Assembly (NCBI RefSeq): GCF_032444005.1
Contig: NC_091282.1
Span: forward strand, 968,006,001-968,070,000
Length of the DNA: 64,000 nucleotides
From: Ranitomeya imitator
Lineage: Eukaryota
Direction: 5' to 3'
The position numbers and the translations under genes are program-made. Under the pieces are notes generated by a model. It ran no database searches, was not told the DNA's origin, and worked only from the letters and a program-made list of their open reading frames with translations. How positions within the stretch are numbered: position 1 is the stretch's first letter; each line of letters starts with the position of its first letter. Below are positions 38,643 to 50,587 of the stretch, piece after piece.

Positions 38643-41340
38643 CAGTGGCGTCACTTCCGCGGTCGCAGCGGTCGCCATTGCGACGGGGCCCGGCAGGTCA
38701 GGGGCCCTCCGCCCGGCAGGTTAGAAGCACCGGCCGACACCATGTTGCAGTGCAGGAGGAGATCCCTCCTGCACGGCAACAGTCCGAGGCGTATCTAAGG
38801 GGAGGGGGCAGCCGGGGTAAGAGAGAGTTAGGAACTTCGAAGCAGCTCCAGTCAGCACTGTGAGACTGTGACAGCGTCTCCTGCTCTGAGCCCCGGGACT
38901 GAAGGGGAGAGCGGGGGAGGGGCGGGACATGACAGCGGTGTGCAAGCAGGAGACGCTGAGGAGCTGCAGGTTAATATCAGCCTCCCCTTTACCAGAGAGG
39001 AGTGTGAGATGTGTATATGAGCTGATGTATTTGTGTATGATATCTATAGTGCGTGTGTGTGTGTGTGTGTGTGAGATATCTGTAGTGCGTGTGTGATATA
39101 TGTAGTGTGTGTGTGTGTGATATCTGTAGTGTGTGTGAGGCAGGGGTGTAACTACCACAGTCTGGTAAGTCAGGGGCCCGATAGGTCAGAGGCACCCGAC
39201 TCCCCCCGTCGTAGCCGCCGCAGTGAACTATACCGGCGTTTATGATGCCGGTACAGTTCAAAGCAATGATGGAGGAGAGAGCGTCAGCTGATGCTCCCTC
39301 TCCCATCATTCCCCTCTGCCTCTGACACTGTGGGTGCGTGATGACATCACTTCATCGCGCACCCACTGTGTGTGGGGCCCAAGCAGTGCAGCATCTGCAC
39401 AGGTCATGGTGGCCGCCATATTGGCAAAGCCTGTGGCGGCTGCTGCGACCGGGAACAGGCGGTTCCAGAGCTAGTGGGGGGCACGTGGACCAAGCCAGCG
39501 GCTCAGCCATATGGAGGATCCAGGGATAAACATGGAAGTGTACGGGATCGGCAGAAGTGAGGTGTGTCTGCTGCCCGTGTGTCACCATCTCTGCCCCCAG
39601 CGTCCTGGCCCCCTGTGACACCAGCCCCGTTTCCTCCCTGCTGTCCCGTGCCCCATGTCCTAGTAGGTCCCCAAGTTCAGGTCATTGTGCTCCTCCGGGC
39701 CCCCCGTACACACCTTGTTCCTCCTCCCCTGGTCTCCCAATGCTCCTCATCTCCCATGCCCTGAGTCCTCCTGCACCCCTCCTGCATTCCCTGCCCCTTG
39801 TCCCCATGTGACTCATCTGCCCTGCTCTCAAGTCTCCCCTATCCCCTTTCTCACCGTGTGTTCTCCATCTACCCTGTCCTTGTAATCCCTGTGCCCCCTT
39901 CTTCCCTCCCATTTCTCCCCCCCCATCTTCCTCTGTCCCCTTGCAGCCCTATCTACTCTGCCCTCGGAGTCCCCTTGTGTCCTCTTGTGCCTGTCTCCCT
40001 TGCACCCTAGTCCCCGTGTGTCCCATTGTGCCCTTCTCCCCTTCCTCTTAGTTCCTATGAGTCCCTTTGTGCATCTATCCCTTGTCCCCGTGTGTAGCCT
40101 TGTGTCAGTGTCCCTTGCCCACTAGTCCCTGTGTGTCCCCTTGCGCCTGTCTCCTTTGTCTCCTTATGCTTGTGTCCCTTGTCCCCGTGTGCCAGTCTCC
40201 CTTGCCCATTAGTCCCTGTGTGTCCCCTTGTCAGTCTCCCTGGCCAACTAGTCCCTGTGTATCCCCTTGTGCCAGTCTCCCTTGTCCCCTTGTGTCAGTC
40301 TCCCTTGCCCACTAGTCCCCTTGTAACCTCCCCTGCCTCCTAGCCCCCATGTGTCCCCTTGTGCCTGTCTTCCTTGCTCCCTAGCCCCCCTATGTTACCA
40401 TTGTGCCTGTCTCCCCTACCCCCCTTGTGTCCTTGTCCCTTGCCCCCTAGTCACCATTTCCTCATGTCTTTCTCACTGCCCCTGTATGGAGGGGCTGCAT
40501 TACACTATGAGGGGGGCTGCATTATATTCTATGGGGGTTACATTGTATTGTATAGCAGGGCTGCAGTATACTCTGTGGGGTGGCTGTATTATACTATACG
40601 TGGGCTGCATTATACTGAATCGAGGACTATGGGGAATATATTATACTATATGAAGAACTATGGTCCATCATACTATGGGAAGTGAATTGTACAACATGGA
40701 TGACGATGGCGGTGCATTATACTATATGGAGCACTATGAGGACTGAGCAGTGTATTTTAATATATGGAGGACTATGTGGAGTGTATAATACTAAATGGAG
40801 GACTGAGGAGTGTATTATACTATATGGAGGACTATGAGGGGTGTATTATACTATATGGAGGACTGAGCAGTGTATTATACTATATGGAGCACTACGAAGA
40901 GTGTATTATGCTATATGGAGCACTATGAGGAGTGTATTTTAATATACGGAGGAGTGTATTATACTATATGGAGGACTGAGAAGTGTACAATACTATATGG
41001 GGGACTATGGGGAGTGTATTATACTATAAGGAGTACTATGGGGGTGCATTATACTTCTCATATGGATCCCCAAGACTTCTATGTTAGCCCCTGATGAGTA
41101 TAATGGTTTATTTTCTTTTATACATTACATAACAATGGCAGTACAGGGGACAAATATATGCCAGGATGCGGCACTGGATAGTTATGCAACTGAGGTCACA
41201 CTATACAACTTTGCAATAAAGCTATAGTGTGCAAAAGTAATAGGGAAAATGTGAATTTGGGTGGAAAATATTTTGGCATGGTGGGGGGGCCCCATTTGAA
41301 AGTTCGCACCGGGGCCCATAACTTTGTAGTTACGCCACTG
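38643..41340. mobile_element. Non-autonomous hAT element with perfect 8-bp TSD
   Basis: cttgtgca|cagtggcgtcac ... gttacgccactg|cttgtgca. Confidence 0.88.
39141..41093. mobile_element. Probable further nested hAT-like element carrying C-rich (39940-40480) and ggctgcattatac (40485-41060) minisatellites
   Basis: Termini caggggtgtaac / gttagcccctg; no matching TSD. Confidence 0.45.
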
Positions 41341-41852
41341 CTTGTGCAGCACTATAAGGGGCAAGTGGCTGTGCGGAGCATCTTATGGGGCCATAACACT
41401 TGTGCAGCACTATATTATTACCCTTTATCCAGGATTATATGGGGCATATTTTAATATGGAGCATCTAATGGGGCCCATCAAACTGTATGGAGCATTATAT
41501 GGGGCTCCTGATTCAATATGGATATTCAAAAACACTTAACCTACTGATGTCTCAATTAATTTTACTTTTATTGATATCTATTTTTACTTTTGACATTTAC
41601 AGGTAGCTGCTACATTTCTCACCCTAGGCTTATACTTGAGTCATTAAGTTTTCCCAGTTTTTTGTGGCAAAATTAGGGGGGTCGGCTTATACTCGGGTCG
41701 GCTTATACTCGAGTATATACGGTACTTATATTGTTGCTGCTGTTGTGGTATGTGCATGGGGGACCACTGTGTGTAGAAGGTTGTCCTTGGCTTACCAGCT
41801 TGCTAATATAAGGTATAGAATATAAAATGTATTAAATAGATGCGCTAATTAA

Positions 41853-43162
41853 CCCCTTACCGGCATCGGACGTACTATACCGTCCGATGCCGGCTCCCCT
41901 GCTTTGATGCAGGGCTCCGCGGTGAGCCCGCACCAAAGCCGGGACATGTCAGCTGTTTTGAACAGCTGACAGGTGCCCGTAATAGGCGCGGGCAGAATCG
42001 CGATCTGCCCGCACCTATTAACTAGTTAAATGCCGCTGTCAAACGCAGACAGCGGCATTTAACTACCGCTTCCGGCCGGGCGGCCGGAAATGACGTCATC
42101 GCCAACCCCCGTCACATGATCGGGGGTCGGCGATGCTTGTGAATGGTAACCATAGAGGTCCTTGAGACCTCTATGGTTACTGATTGCCCGTCGCTGTGAG
42201 CGCCACCCTGTGGTCGGCGCTCACAGCACACGTGCAATTCTGCTACATAGCAGCGATCAGCAGATCGCTGCTATGTAGCAGAGCCGATCGTGCTATGCAG
42301 CAGAGCCGATCGTGCTATGCCTGCTTCTAGCCTCTCATGGAGGCTATTGAAGCATGGCAAAAGTTAAAAAAAAAAGTTTAAAAAAATGTGAAAAAAATAA
42401 AAAAAACATAAAAGTTTAAATCACCCCCCTTTCGCCCCAATCAAAATAAATCAATAAAAAAAATATCAAATCTACGCATATTTGGTATCGCCGCGCTCAG
42501 AATCGCCCGATCTATCAATTAAAAAAAAGTATTAACCTGATCGCTAAACAGCGTAGCGGGAAAAAAATTCGAAACGCCAGAATTACGTTTTTTTGGTCGC
42601 CGCGACATTGCATTAAAATGCAATAACGGGCGATCAAAAGAACGTATCTGCACCGAAATGCTATCATTAAAAACGTCATCTCGGCACGCAAAAAATAAGC
42701 CCTCAACCGACCCCAGATGATGAAAAATGGAGACGCTACGAGTATCGGAAAATGGCGCAACTTTTTTTTTTTTTTTTTTTTTAGCAAAGTTTGGAATTTT
42801 TTTTCACCACTTAGATAAAAAATAACCTAGTCATGTTTGGTGTCTATGAACTCGTAATGACCTGGAGAATCATAATGGCAGGTCATTTTTTAGCATTTAG
42901 TGAACCTAGCAAAAAAGCCAAACAAAAAACCAATGTGGGATTGCACTTCTTTTGCAATTTCACCGCACTTGGAATTTTTTTCCCGTTTTTTAGAACACGA
43001 CATGCTAAAACCAATGATGTCGTTCAAAAGTACAACTCGTCCCGCAAAAAATAAGCCCTCACATGGCCAAATTGACGGAAAAATAAAAAAGTTATGGCTC
43101 TGGGAAGGAGGGGAGCGAAAAACGAACACGGAAAAACGAAAAATCCCCCGGTCATGAAGGGG
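41853..43162. mobile_element. piggyBac-like non-autonomous element, copy 2
   Basis: TTAA|cccctt ... aagggg|TTAA; same family and orientation as 8085-9378. Confidence 0.82.
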
Positions 43163-44463
43163 TTAAGGGAAGCCCATGAATATGTTGGTGGTGGTGTTAG
43201 TATATTCCACTTACTTTGCAAGTGTGCAGTCTGCCCATAAAACAGTGTATATACGGTAGCTATGAATTCCGACACTTCTTTTTACATTACATGTCTGCTA
43301 TATTCTTGCTTCATTTGCCTACAATGTCAGTCATTTATACATTCAGGTCCAGTTCAGAGTCTTAATGTTTTTTCTTAGATATGTATAAGCCTACTGAATA
43401 AGCCGCCAACTGTGGGTGTTAAGAGATTTAACAAGTAAGTTGTACACAGCAAGTGTTCCTTACACATTCTCAGCACCGCTGCGAGAATTCCTTGCAGCAC
43501 GAGGTGGGTTGATTGTGAACTGTCACAGCCCACATGCCACTAAAGTATAGGTTTCTATGACAGATCTTGATAATTAAAGCTCTTTGGTTACATTTAAATG
43601 AGAATAAAACTGTTATACTTAATGAGCCATTAAACAAAAGCAAGGGACAAATATCTGAAATGCAAAAATATATTTCTACTTTTCTTTCAAAAAAAAAAAA
43701 AGAAAAATTTTTTTTGCTCAACCTCCCCAGGTCCAGCCGTGAATCTTCACCGCTGCATCTAGCGTTTCTTATTGTCTGCATTGCTGACATCACATGAACA
43801 ATGCTGCAGCCAATCTCACGCCATCTGCACAGCTGGACTCATATTTTGGCTGTGAGTCTGTAAATTGGTTGATAGCACTGCAGATAATAACACACTGGAA
43901 GCAATAGCGCAGACTCTGTGCTGGACCCGGGGAGGGGAATAAAAGTCATCATTTTGTTTTTAAAGCAAAGAACGTTTTTGTTTTTTTGTTTTTGATTCAA
44001 AAACCCCTTTAAATATAAATATGAAGGTAACTGACTCCTAATGAGGAGTTTAGCTGTGTTGATTTTGCCCATTAGATCAACTAATTACAAGTCGTTCAGT
44101 ATTTGTTAATTGGCCGGTTTACATGGGCTGAAGAACAATGTTGGAGACAGAAGCAGCACTAATCTGATTGTTCGGTTCCCATTTAGCTTCATGGTGTTTT
44201 CTACAGAAAGATGTGCTGCCAGTAAAATTGATTTCCCGGACCCATCATCTGAAGAACAAGTGTTTTGCTCACTTGTCATTGACACTTTCACACCTGCATA
44301 TACTTGGCGTGTGCCTATGAACGCTCAATTAACTGGTGAAAATGTACCACAAGCCAGGTGCCTCAAACATATTTTACTAGAGAGCGCAAAGCCACAACGT
44401 GGAGATGACTGGTGTCTGATTCCCTGCCACAATTACACATACTGCATTAGTGCAAACAGAAAA

Positions 44464-44596
44464 GGATCGGTGTACCCGGTGGGATCGGTGCACCTGGTGG
44501 GATCGGTGCACCCGGTGGGATCGGTGCACCCGGTGGGATCGGTGCACCCGGTGGGATCGGTGCACCCGGAGGGATCGGTGCACCCAGAGGGATCGG
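44464..44596. repeat. 18-bp minisatellite (ggatcggtgcacccggtg), ~7 units
   Basis: Directly visible. Confidence 0.95.
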
Positions 44597-45259
44597 CATA
44601 TTGTCTAATAGGCCAAAACTGCCTTCTGACACCTAGGGGCACTGCTCGAGGCTACAGGAACAAGGCTGGAACTCATTTTCATATTACATAGAGGAAGACT
44701 TACTAATTGTACCAGAATTCAAGAGGGAAAAGAACTTTCTACTCTACATCATGCCAATATTTTGGTCTGGGGTAAGCTAACCAAGCGGTGGTGTAACGTT
44801 AAGTAAAAGTGCCTAAAGATGCACCCAATGTGGAATAAGCCATCTTTACTTACAGGCAATAAAATCTGTCCTATTCATGTAATGGATATTACAGGACTCA
44901 TTGCACAACATTCATCTGATAACTACTGTAAAGGTGACATTACGCTGCACAATTACTGGGAACTGTAGGATTATCCTAGGAACGCTCACTCCTTGTAATT
45001 ATGCAGTGTAAACAGGCTGCGAATCACCTGTTCAATGAGTAAAATGCTTGTTCGTTGGGTGAAATGATGTATTGGTTTTTTTAAAAAAATCACCATTCTC
45101 AGCAGCATATAGTCCTGTGTAAACAGGTCTTGCGCTGCCGAGAACAATGGCAGCCGATGTGCACAAAATGATCTATTACTGATCGCTCTGTCGACAGGTT
45201 AAATATGTTAATCATTTACTGCCAACCAACATTTTTTTTGCCAACTGGCAGTTGTTTAA

Positions 45260-45587
45260 AGGGAACCTGTCACCTGAATTTGGCGGGACTGGTTTTGGGT
45301 CATATGGGCGGAGTTTTTGGGTGTTTGATTCACCCTTTCCTTACCCGCTGGCTGCATGCTGGCTGCAATATTGGATTGAAGTTCATTCTCTGTCCTCCAT
45401 AGTACACGCCTGCACAAGGCAAGATTGCTTTGCACAGGCGTGTACTATGGAGGACAGAGAATGAACTTCAATCCAATATTGCAGCCAGCATGCAGCCAGC
45501 GGGTAAGGAAAGGGTGAATCAAACACCCGAAAACTCCGCCCATATGACCCAAAACCAGTCCCGCCAAATTCAGGTGACAGAGTCCCT
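45260..45587. mobile_element. Fold-back T2/Kolobok-type MITE, short form of the 9526-10048 family
   Basis: TTAA flanks, same TIR, near-perfect 160-bp arms. Confidence 0.9.
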
Positions 45588-45989
45588 TTAAAGCCACGAA
45601 TTGGGAGGTATAAATGCACCTTTAGTGTAACAAATCATTAGAAATCTGTTTGTCTGTCCCGTGGTCAGGACCTCCGACGTTTAGCCTCTCAATCAATGAA
45701 GGTTTTGAACACTGGGGGAAAGATACAATGGAAAACTCTATACATTTTCATTATACAAATGTATTTAATCCTATTCACAGGAAAGGTGATACATGTATGA
45801 TTGCTGTGGATCGAACTGTTGGGATGACCCAAAAACGAGACCCCCTAATTTTTTTTTTTTTTGTGGAATGGCGGTATGCATACATGACTACTGCTCCACT
45901 CCTATGAGACTGAAAAGGAATAGAGAAGTGGTTGAACATTTGCTCGTAACCTAGCAAGCTCCTATCCTTTCATGACCTGCAGCTAATCT

Positions 45990-46930
45990 TCAATTTTGTA
46001 ATTTAACTCTTCGAAGATTCATAACTTTTTAACAATTTCCATATAACATATCCATACCATGGGGATGAGTGGTAGTCTTGATTTGTTTTACCATACATTT
46101 TATTTTATCATATAATGTGCAAAATAAAGTAAAATGGTGAAAAAAATGCAATTCTACCATTTTTAGGGGGGTTCACTTTGCAGTAATTAAAATTACCTCG
46201 CAGTATGAGTCATCAGCTCAGAATGGCTGCAGCAATACAAGACTTTTTTTCATCTATTTAGCACTTTTAGTGGATAAAAAATAAATCAGAACTTGGTAAA
46301 AAAATAAATAAATAAATTGGCGTGTGTCAGCATTTTCTGAAACCTGTAACTTTTTGATATTTCTTTTGATGGGGCTGTGTGAGGCCTGGCTGCCATTTTT
46401 ATTGATGCCAAACAATGTTTTAATTGCATTTTCTGTGTACAGGACAGAGACTGAAAAATGGCAGTTCTGCTGTTCTGATTTTTTTCTTTAAGTCATTTAA
46501 CATACAAATGAATTCAATTTATACTTTGCTACATAGGACTGTTACAAACACGATACCTCCAAATATGTGTTTTTTCTCTATTTTTTAAAAGGGATTTTCC
46601 TTTGATATTTATTTTTCATATTTTCTTTATTTTTGCTTTTTTATTTAGTCTTCATAGTGGGTTTGAACCTGTGATCATTTCGTCGCTCATACTATGCACT
46701 GCAATACTACAGTCTTCATTTAAATTGAGGTTCTTTTATGAAATCCAGTTATAGGTTCAGTCTCGTCGCAGTGGATACAGATGGGTGCTGGGGCACACGC
46801 AAACTGCCAACCCAGACATTTAAATGTTGCTGTCAGTAACAGTGGCATCTAAATGGTTAAACAGCAGCAATCAGTGCTAGCTCTGGTCACTGTTGTTTAT
46901 AGGCAGATCCCAGCTGTATTACACAGCCGG
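45990..46930. mobile_element. Highly decayed DNA-transposon remnant related to the TTAA/piggyBac-like families
   Basis: Contains a gctgtca...gacagtggcat...ttaa-like segment resembling 8290-8320; ends not resolvable. Confidence 0.3.
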
Positions 46931-48194
46931 CCTCTGGCCAGTATTGTGTGAGCTCAGCTGGGCATCACAGTCAGTGTGTGCACAGGGATTAAGGTCAAGT
47001 TCACAAGTCCACATTCTTGCTGTCTATGAGCATGCAGTTGATAAAAAAGGAATATTCTTAGTTTTAGTCTTCAAAAGGGACATCAGAGAACAGCTGTGAC
47101 CTTAGAAATACAGGGCTGCTGTTATCCCCACACAACCACACCAGTGATTCCTAGTCTAACGGGTGACTTCCTTGGAAAAAAAGGGAAATTAATCTGGCCT
47201 GAATTTGCTATCAGCCATCGTAGCATTTGATAAGACATGTGAACACTGAATCTTATTAAAGCATGGCAAGCACATTCATTTCACTTAATATTCCCTTAAT
47301 TGCCGGAGTCCTGGCTCCTTGAAGATAATATGCCAATAAGAAATTGGAATCATGCTTATCTTATCTCCTGCTGGAAAGCCTGCTCCCTATATGCACCATC
47401 TGGATTATTGCTTTATACGGGATACAAAGTACATATACTTATCCATGTTCTCCATTTGTGTCATCATCTGTGAATCTCCGTTACAAAGCAGAGAAAAGTA
47501 CATTGTAAAGTAATTAGCATGAACTTTACACTAAGCATATAGTATTAATACTGTAATAATAAGATATTAATACTATAAATAATCATAAAAAAACACAATT
47601 TATGTTTTTTAATATTGATAGTGATTAGTTTTGCTGCTAAAAAGCTTTATAAAATCAGAAAACAAAAGAGGAAAAAATAAATCCTTCTATAGGAACAGAC
47701 ATAAGTAAGTAACAGCAATGTTGGCACCAACACATGTAGGACTCCATTGACTATAATGGGATCTGTGGGGTTGCCATCACGGTAACCTTCATTTTAACAG
47801 ACAATATCAGTTCAGCATTTTTGGTAGAATCTGCAATGGGGCTTCATACAAAGCAAAAGTGAACGGAGCCCACAGGGATTCTCTTACCAAGACTACCCCT
47901 TTCCATTTGCTCTAAAAGGGAGTTCACTCAAAAAGACATTATACCATTTCCCTGCTTTAAGAATTTATTTTTATTTAAATTCTGGACAGCCTATTTCACA
48001 TATTTCTTTTTTTAAATGATTTTAAACAATATGAATCCTGCGTAGCTTAGAAAAAAAAATCTCCAGTTGCTACCTTATTGCACCGTCAACAATCTGATGT
48101 TCACTGACCTGTCATTTTTATGCTCCATGCACATGGCAGAATACAGTGCGTAGAGCGATCAGACCTCATCCTGTTAGACCAGGAAAGCCTCTCC

Positions 48195-49738
48195 ATAACA
48201 TAGTAACATAGTAACATAGTTAGTAAGGCCGAAAAAAGACATTTGTCCATCCAGTTCAGCCTATATTCCATCATAATAAATCCCCAGATCTACGTCCTTC
48301 TACAGAACCTAATAATTGTATGATACAATATTGTTCTGCTCCAGGAAGACATCCAGGCCTCTCTTGAACCCCTCGACTGAGTTCGCCATCACCACCTCCT
48401 CAGGCAAGCAATTCCAGATTCTCACTGCCCTAACAGTAAAGAATCCTCTTCTATGTTGGTGGAAAAACCTTCTCTCCTCCAGACGCAAAGAATGCCCCCT
48501 TGTGCCCGTCACCTTCCTTGGTATAAACAGATCCTCAGCGAGATATTTGTATTGTCCCCTTATATACTTATACATGGTTATTAGATCGCCCCTCAGTCGT
48601 CTTTTTTCTAGACTAAATAATCCTAATTTCGCTAATCTATCTGGGTATTGTAGTTCTCCCATCCCCTTTATTAATTTTGTTGCCCTCCTTTGTACTCTCT
48701 CTAGTTCCATTATATCCTTCCTGAGCACCGGTGCCCAAAACTGGACACAGTACTCCATGTGCGGTCTAACTAGGGATTTGTACAGAGGCAGTATAATGCT
48801 CTCATCATGTGTATCCAGACCTCTTTTAATGCACCCCATGATCCTGTTTGCCTTGGCAGCTGCTGCCTGGCACTGGCTGCTCCAGGTAAGTTTATCATTA
48901 ACTAGGATCCCCAAGTCCTTCTCCCTGTCAGATTTACCCAGTGGTTTCCCGTTCAGTGTGTAATGGTGATATTGATTCCCTCTTCCCATGTGTATAACCT
49001 TACATTTATCATTGTTAAACCTCATCTGCCACCTTTCAGCCCAAGTTTCCAACTTATCCAGATCCATCTGTAGCAGAATACTATCTTCTCTTGTATTAAC
49101 TGCTTTACATAGTTTTGTATCATCTGCAAATATCGATATTTTACTGTGTAAACCTTCTACCAGATCATTAATGAATATGTTGAAGAGAACAGGTCCCAAT
49201 ACTGACCCCTGCGGTACCCCACTGGTCACAGCGACCCAGTTAGAGACTATACCATTTATAACCACCCTCTGCTTTCTATCACTAAGCCAGTTACTAACCC
49301 ATTTACACACATTTTCCCCCAGACCAAGCATTCTCATTTTGTGTACCAACCTCTTGTGCGGCACGGTATCAAACGCTTTGGAAAAATCGAGATATACCAC
49401 GTCCAATGACTCACCGTGGTCCAGTCTATAGCTTACCTCTTCATAAAAACTGATTAGATTGGTTTGACAGGAGCGATTTCTCATAAACCCATGCTGATAT
49501 GGAGTTAAACAGTTATTCTCATTGAGATAATCCAGAATAACATCCCTCAGAAACCCTTCAAATATTTTACCAACAATAGAGGTTAGACTTACTGGCCTAT
49601 AATTTCCAGGTTCACTTTTAGAGCCCTTTTTGAATATTGGCACCACATTTGCTATGCGCCAGTCCTGCGGAACAGACCCTGTCGCTATAGTGTCACTAAA
49701 AATAAGAAATAATGGTTTATCTATTACATTACTTAGTT
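48195..49738 (-). mobile_element. Young 5'-truncated CR1 LINE
   Basis: 3' (CTATGTTA)n tail at 48195-48220; uninterrupted RT ORF. Confidence 0.95.
48309..49737 (-). pseudogene. CR1 ORF2 reverse-transcriptase/C-terminal portion (no stops, no endonuclease domain)
   Basis: NYRPVSLTS, QHGF, LDFSKAFDTVPH, GVPQGSVLGP, IFADDTKL, LVRPHMEYCVQFW. The first 12 residues of the ORF-track protein come from flanking DNA. Confidence 0.93.
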
Positions 49739-50131
49739 GCTCTAAAAGGGAGCAAGCAAGCTTTGAGAAAGGCATTCAGTGTCGGACACGAGATCTGATT
49801 CCACCCTGAATTTACGGCTCATCAGTGATATGTTATAAAGCCATATTCAAGAAACCTGCCTTCTACAGGGTGTACAGGAGCAATGACCAGAATATAACAT
49901 CAATCAACATCAGTTAGTCTTCTTCCTCCAGGTAAAACTGATTATTTTTAATCTAGATCAAGTAATGAAAATGTTAAATAATCAGAGAACGAGTGCAAAA
50001 AGAAGGTAGACATAGCAATATTATCCCTATTGAGAACTGTGTAGACATTATAGAGATTGGAGAGTAGATTAAAAGGATTTCGAGAAAATAAAAAATTAAA
50101 TGTAAGCTTGCAGGGTCCCAGATCCCATTAA

Positions 50132-50587
50132 AGCAGTTATCAGGGACTATTTTATTTTTTTACTACGGGGTTAAGACCTAACAGGTATTTAGTTACTAAC
50201 TACCTGCCTGTTCTACCCAGCGTCAGCTCAGAGCAGTCGTAGGCCACTCTTGCAGGTGATTCTGGTGCTCATGTCAACAAAGCAGCTTTTTCTTCCAGGC
50301 TACTCTGTTAATGTGATGTGACTACCGTGACTACCGATGGAATGCTGATTGACGGCCTGTTTCCTGCAGTTAGGCAGGGGGGAGCCGGCTGTCAATCAGC
50401 ATGACATCAGCAGTCACATCCCATCAACAGAGCAGAGTGGAAGGGAAGCAGCTGCTCTGTCAACGTGAAGTCAGTGGAAGCCATCAAAGAATGAAGGCGG
50501 CCAGTATACGAAGGTACTTAGCAAGTAATTCCCTGTTTATTTTTCACTATGGAACTAAAAACTGTTAAATAGTCCCAGATAACCCCT
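50132..50587. mobile_element. T2/Kolobok-type MITE
   Basis: TTAA|agcagttatcagggactat ... atagtcccagataacccct|TTAA. Confidence 0.7.

Larger units (their letters stand above)
37690..41722. mobile_element. Tc2-like non-autonomous element, copy 2 (inverted relative to copy 1), expanded by nested insertion
   Basis: TA|ccgtacatacttgagtataag ... cttatactcgagtatatacgg|TA; internal ~56-bp tandem repeat at 38310-38642 resumes at 41341. Confidence 0.8.

Noticed and set aside
43492-43521. 30-nt plus-strand microexon candidate (PLREFLAARG)
   Set aside because: No plus-strand gene model supports it.
49915-49937. Polypyrimidine-AG|GTAA recursive-splice-like site
   Set aside because: It is on the strand opposite to ank2.
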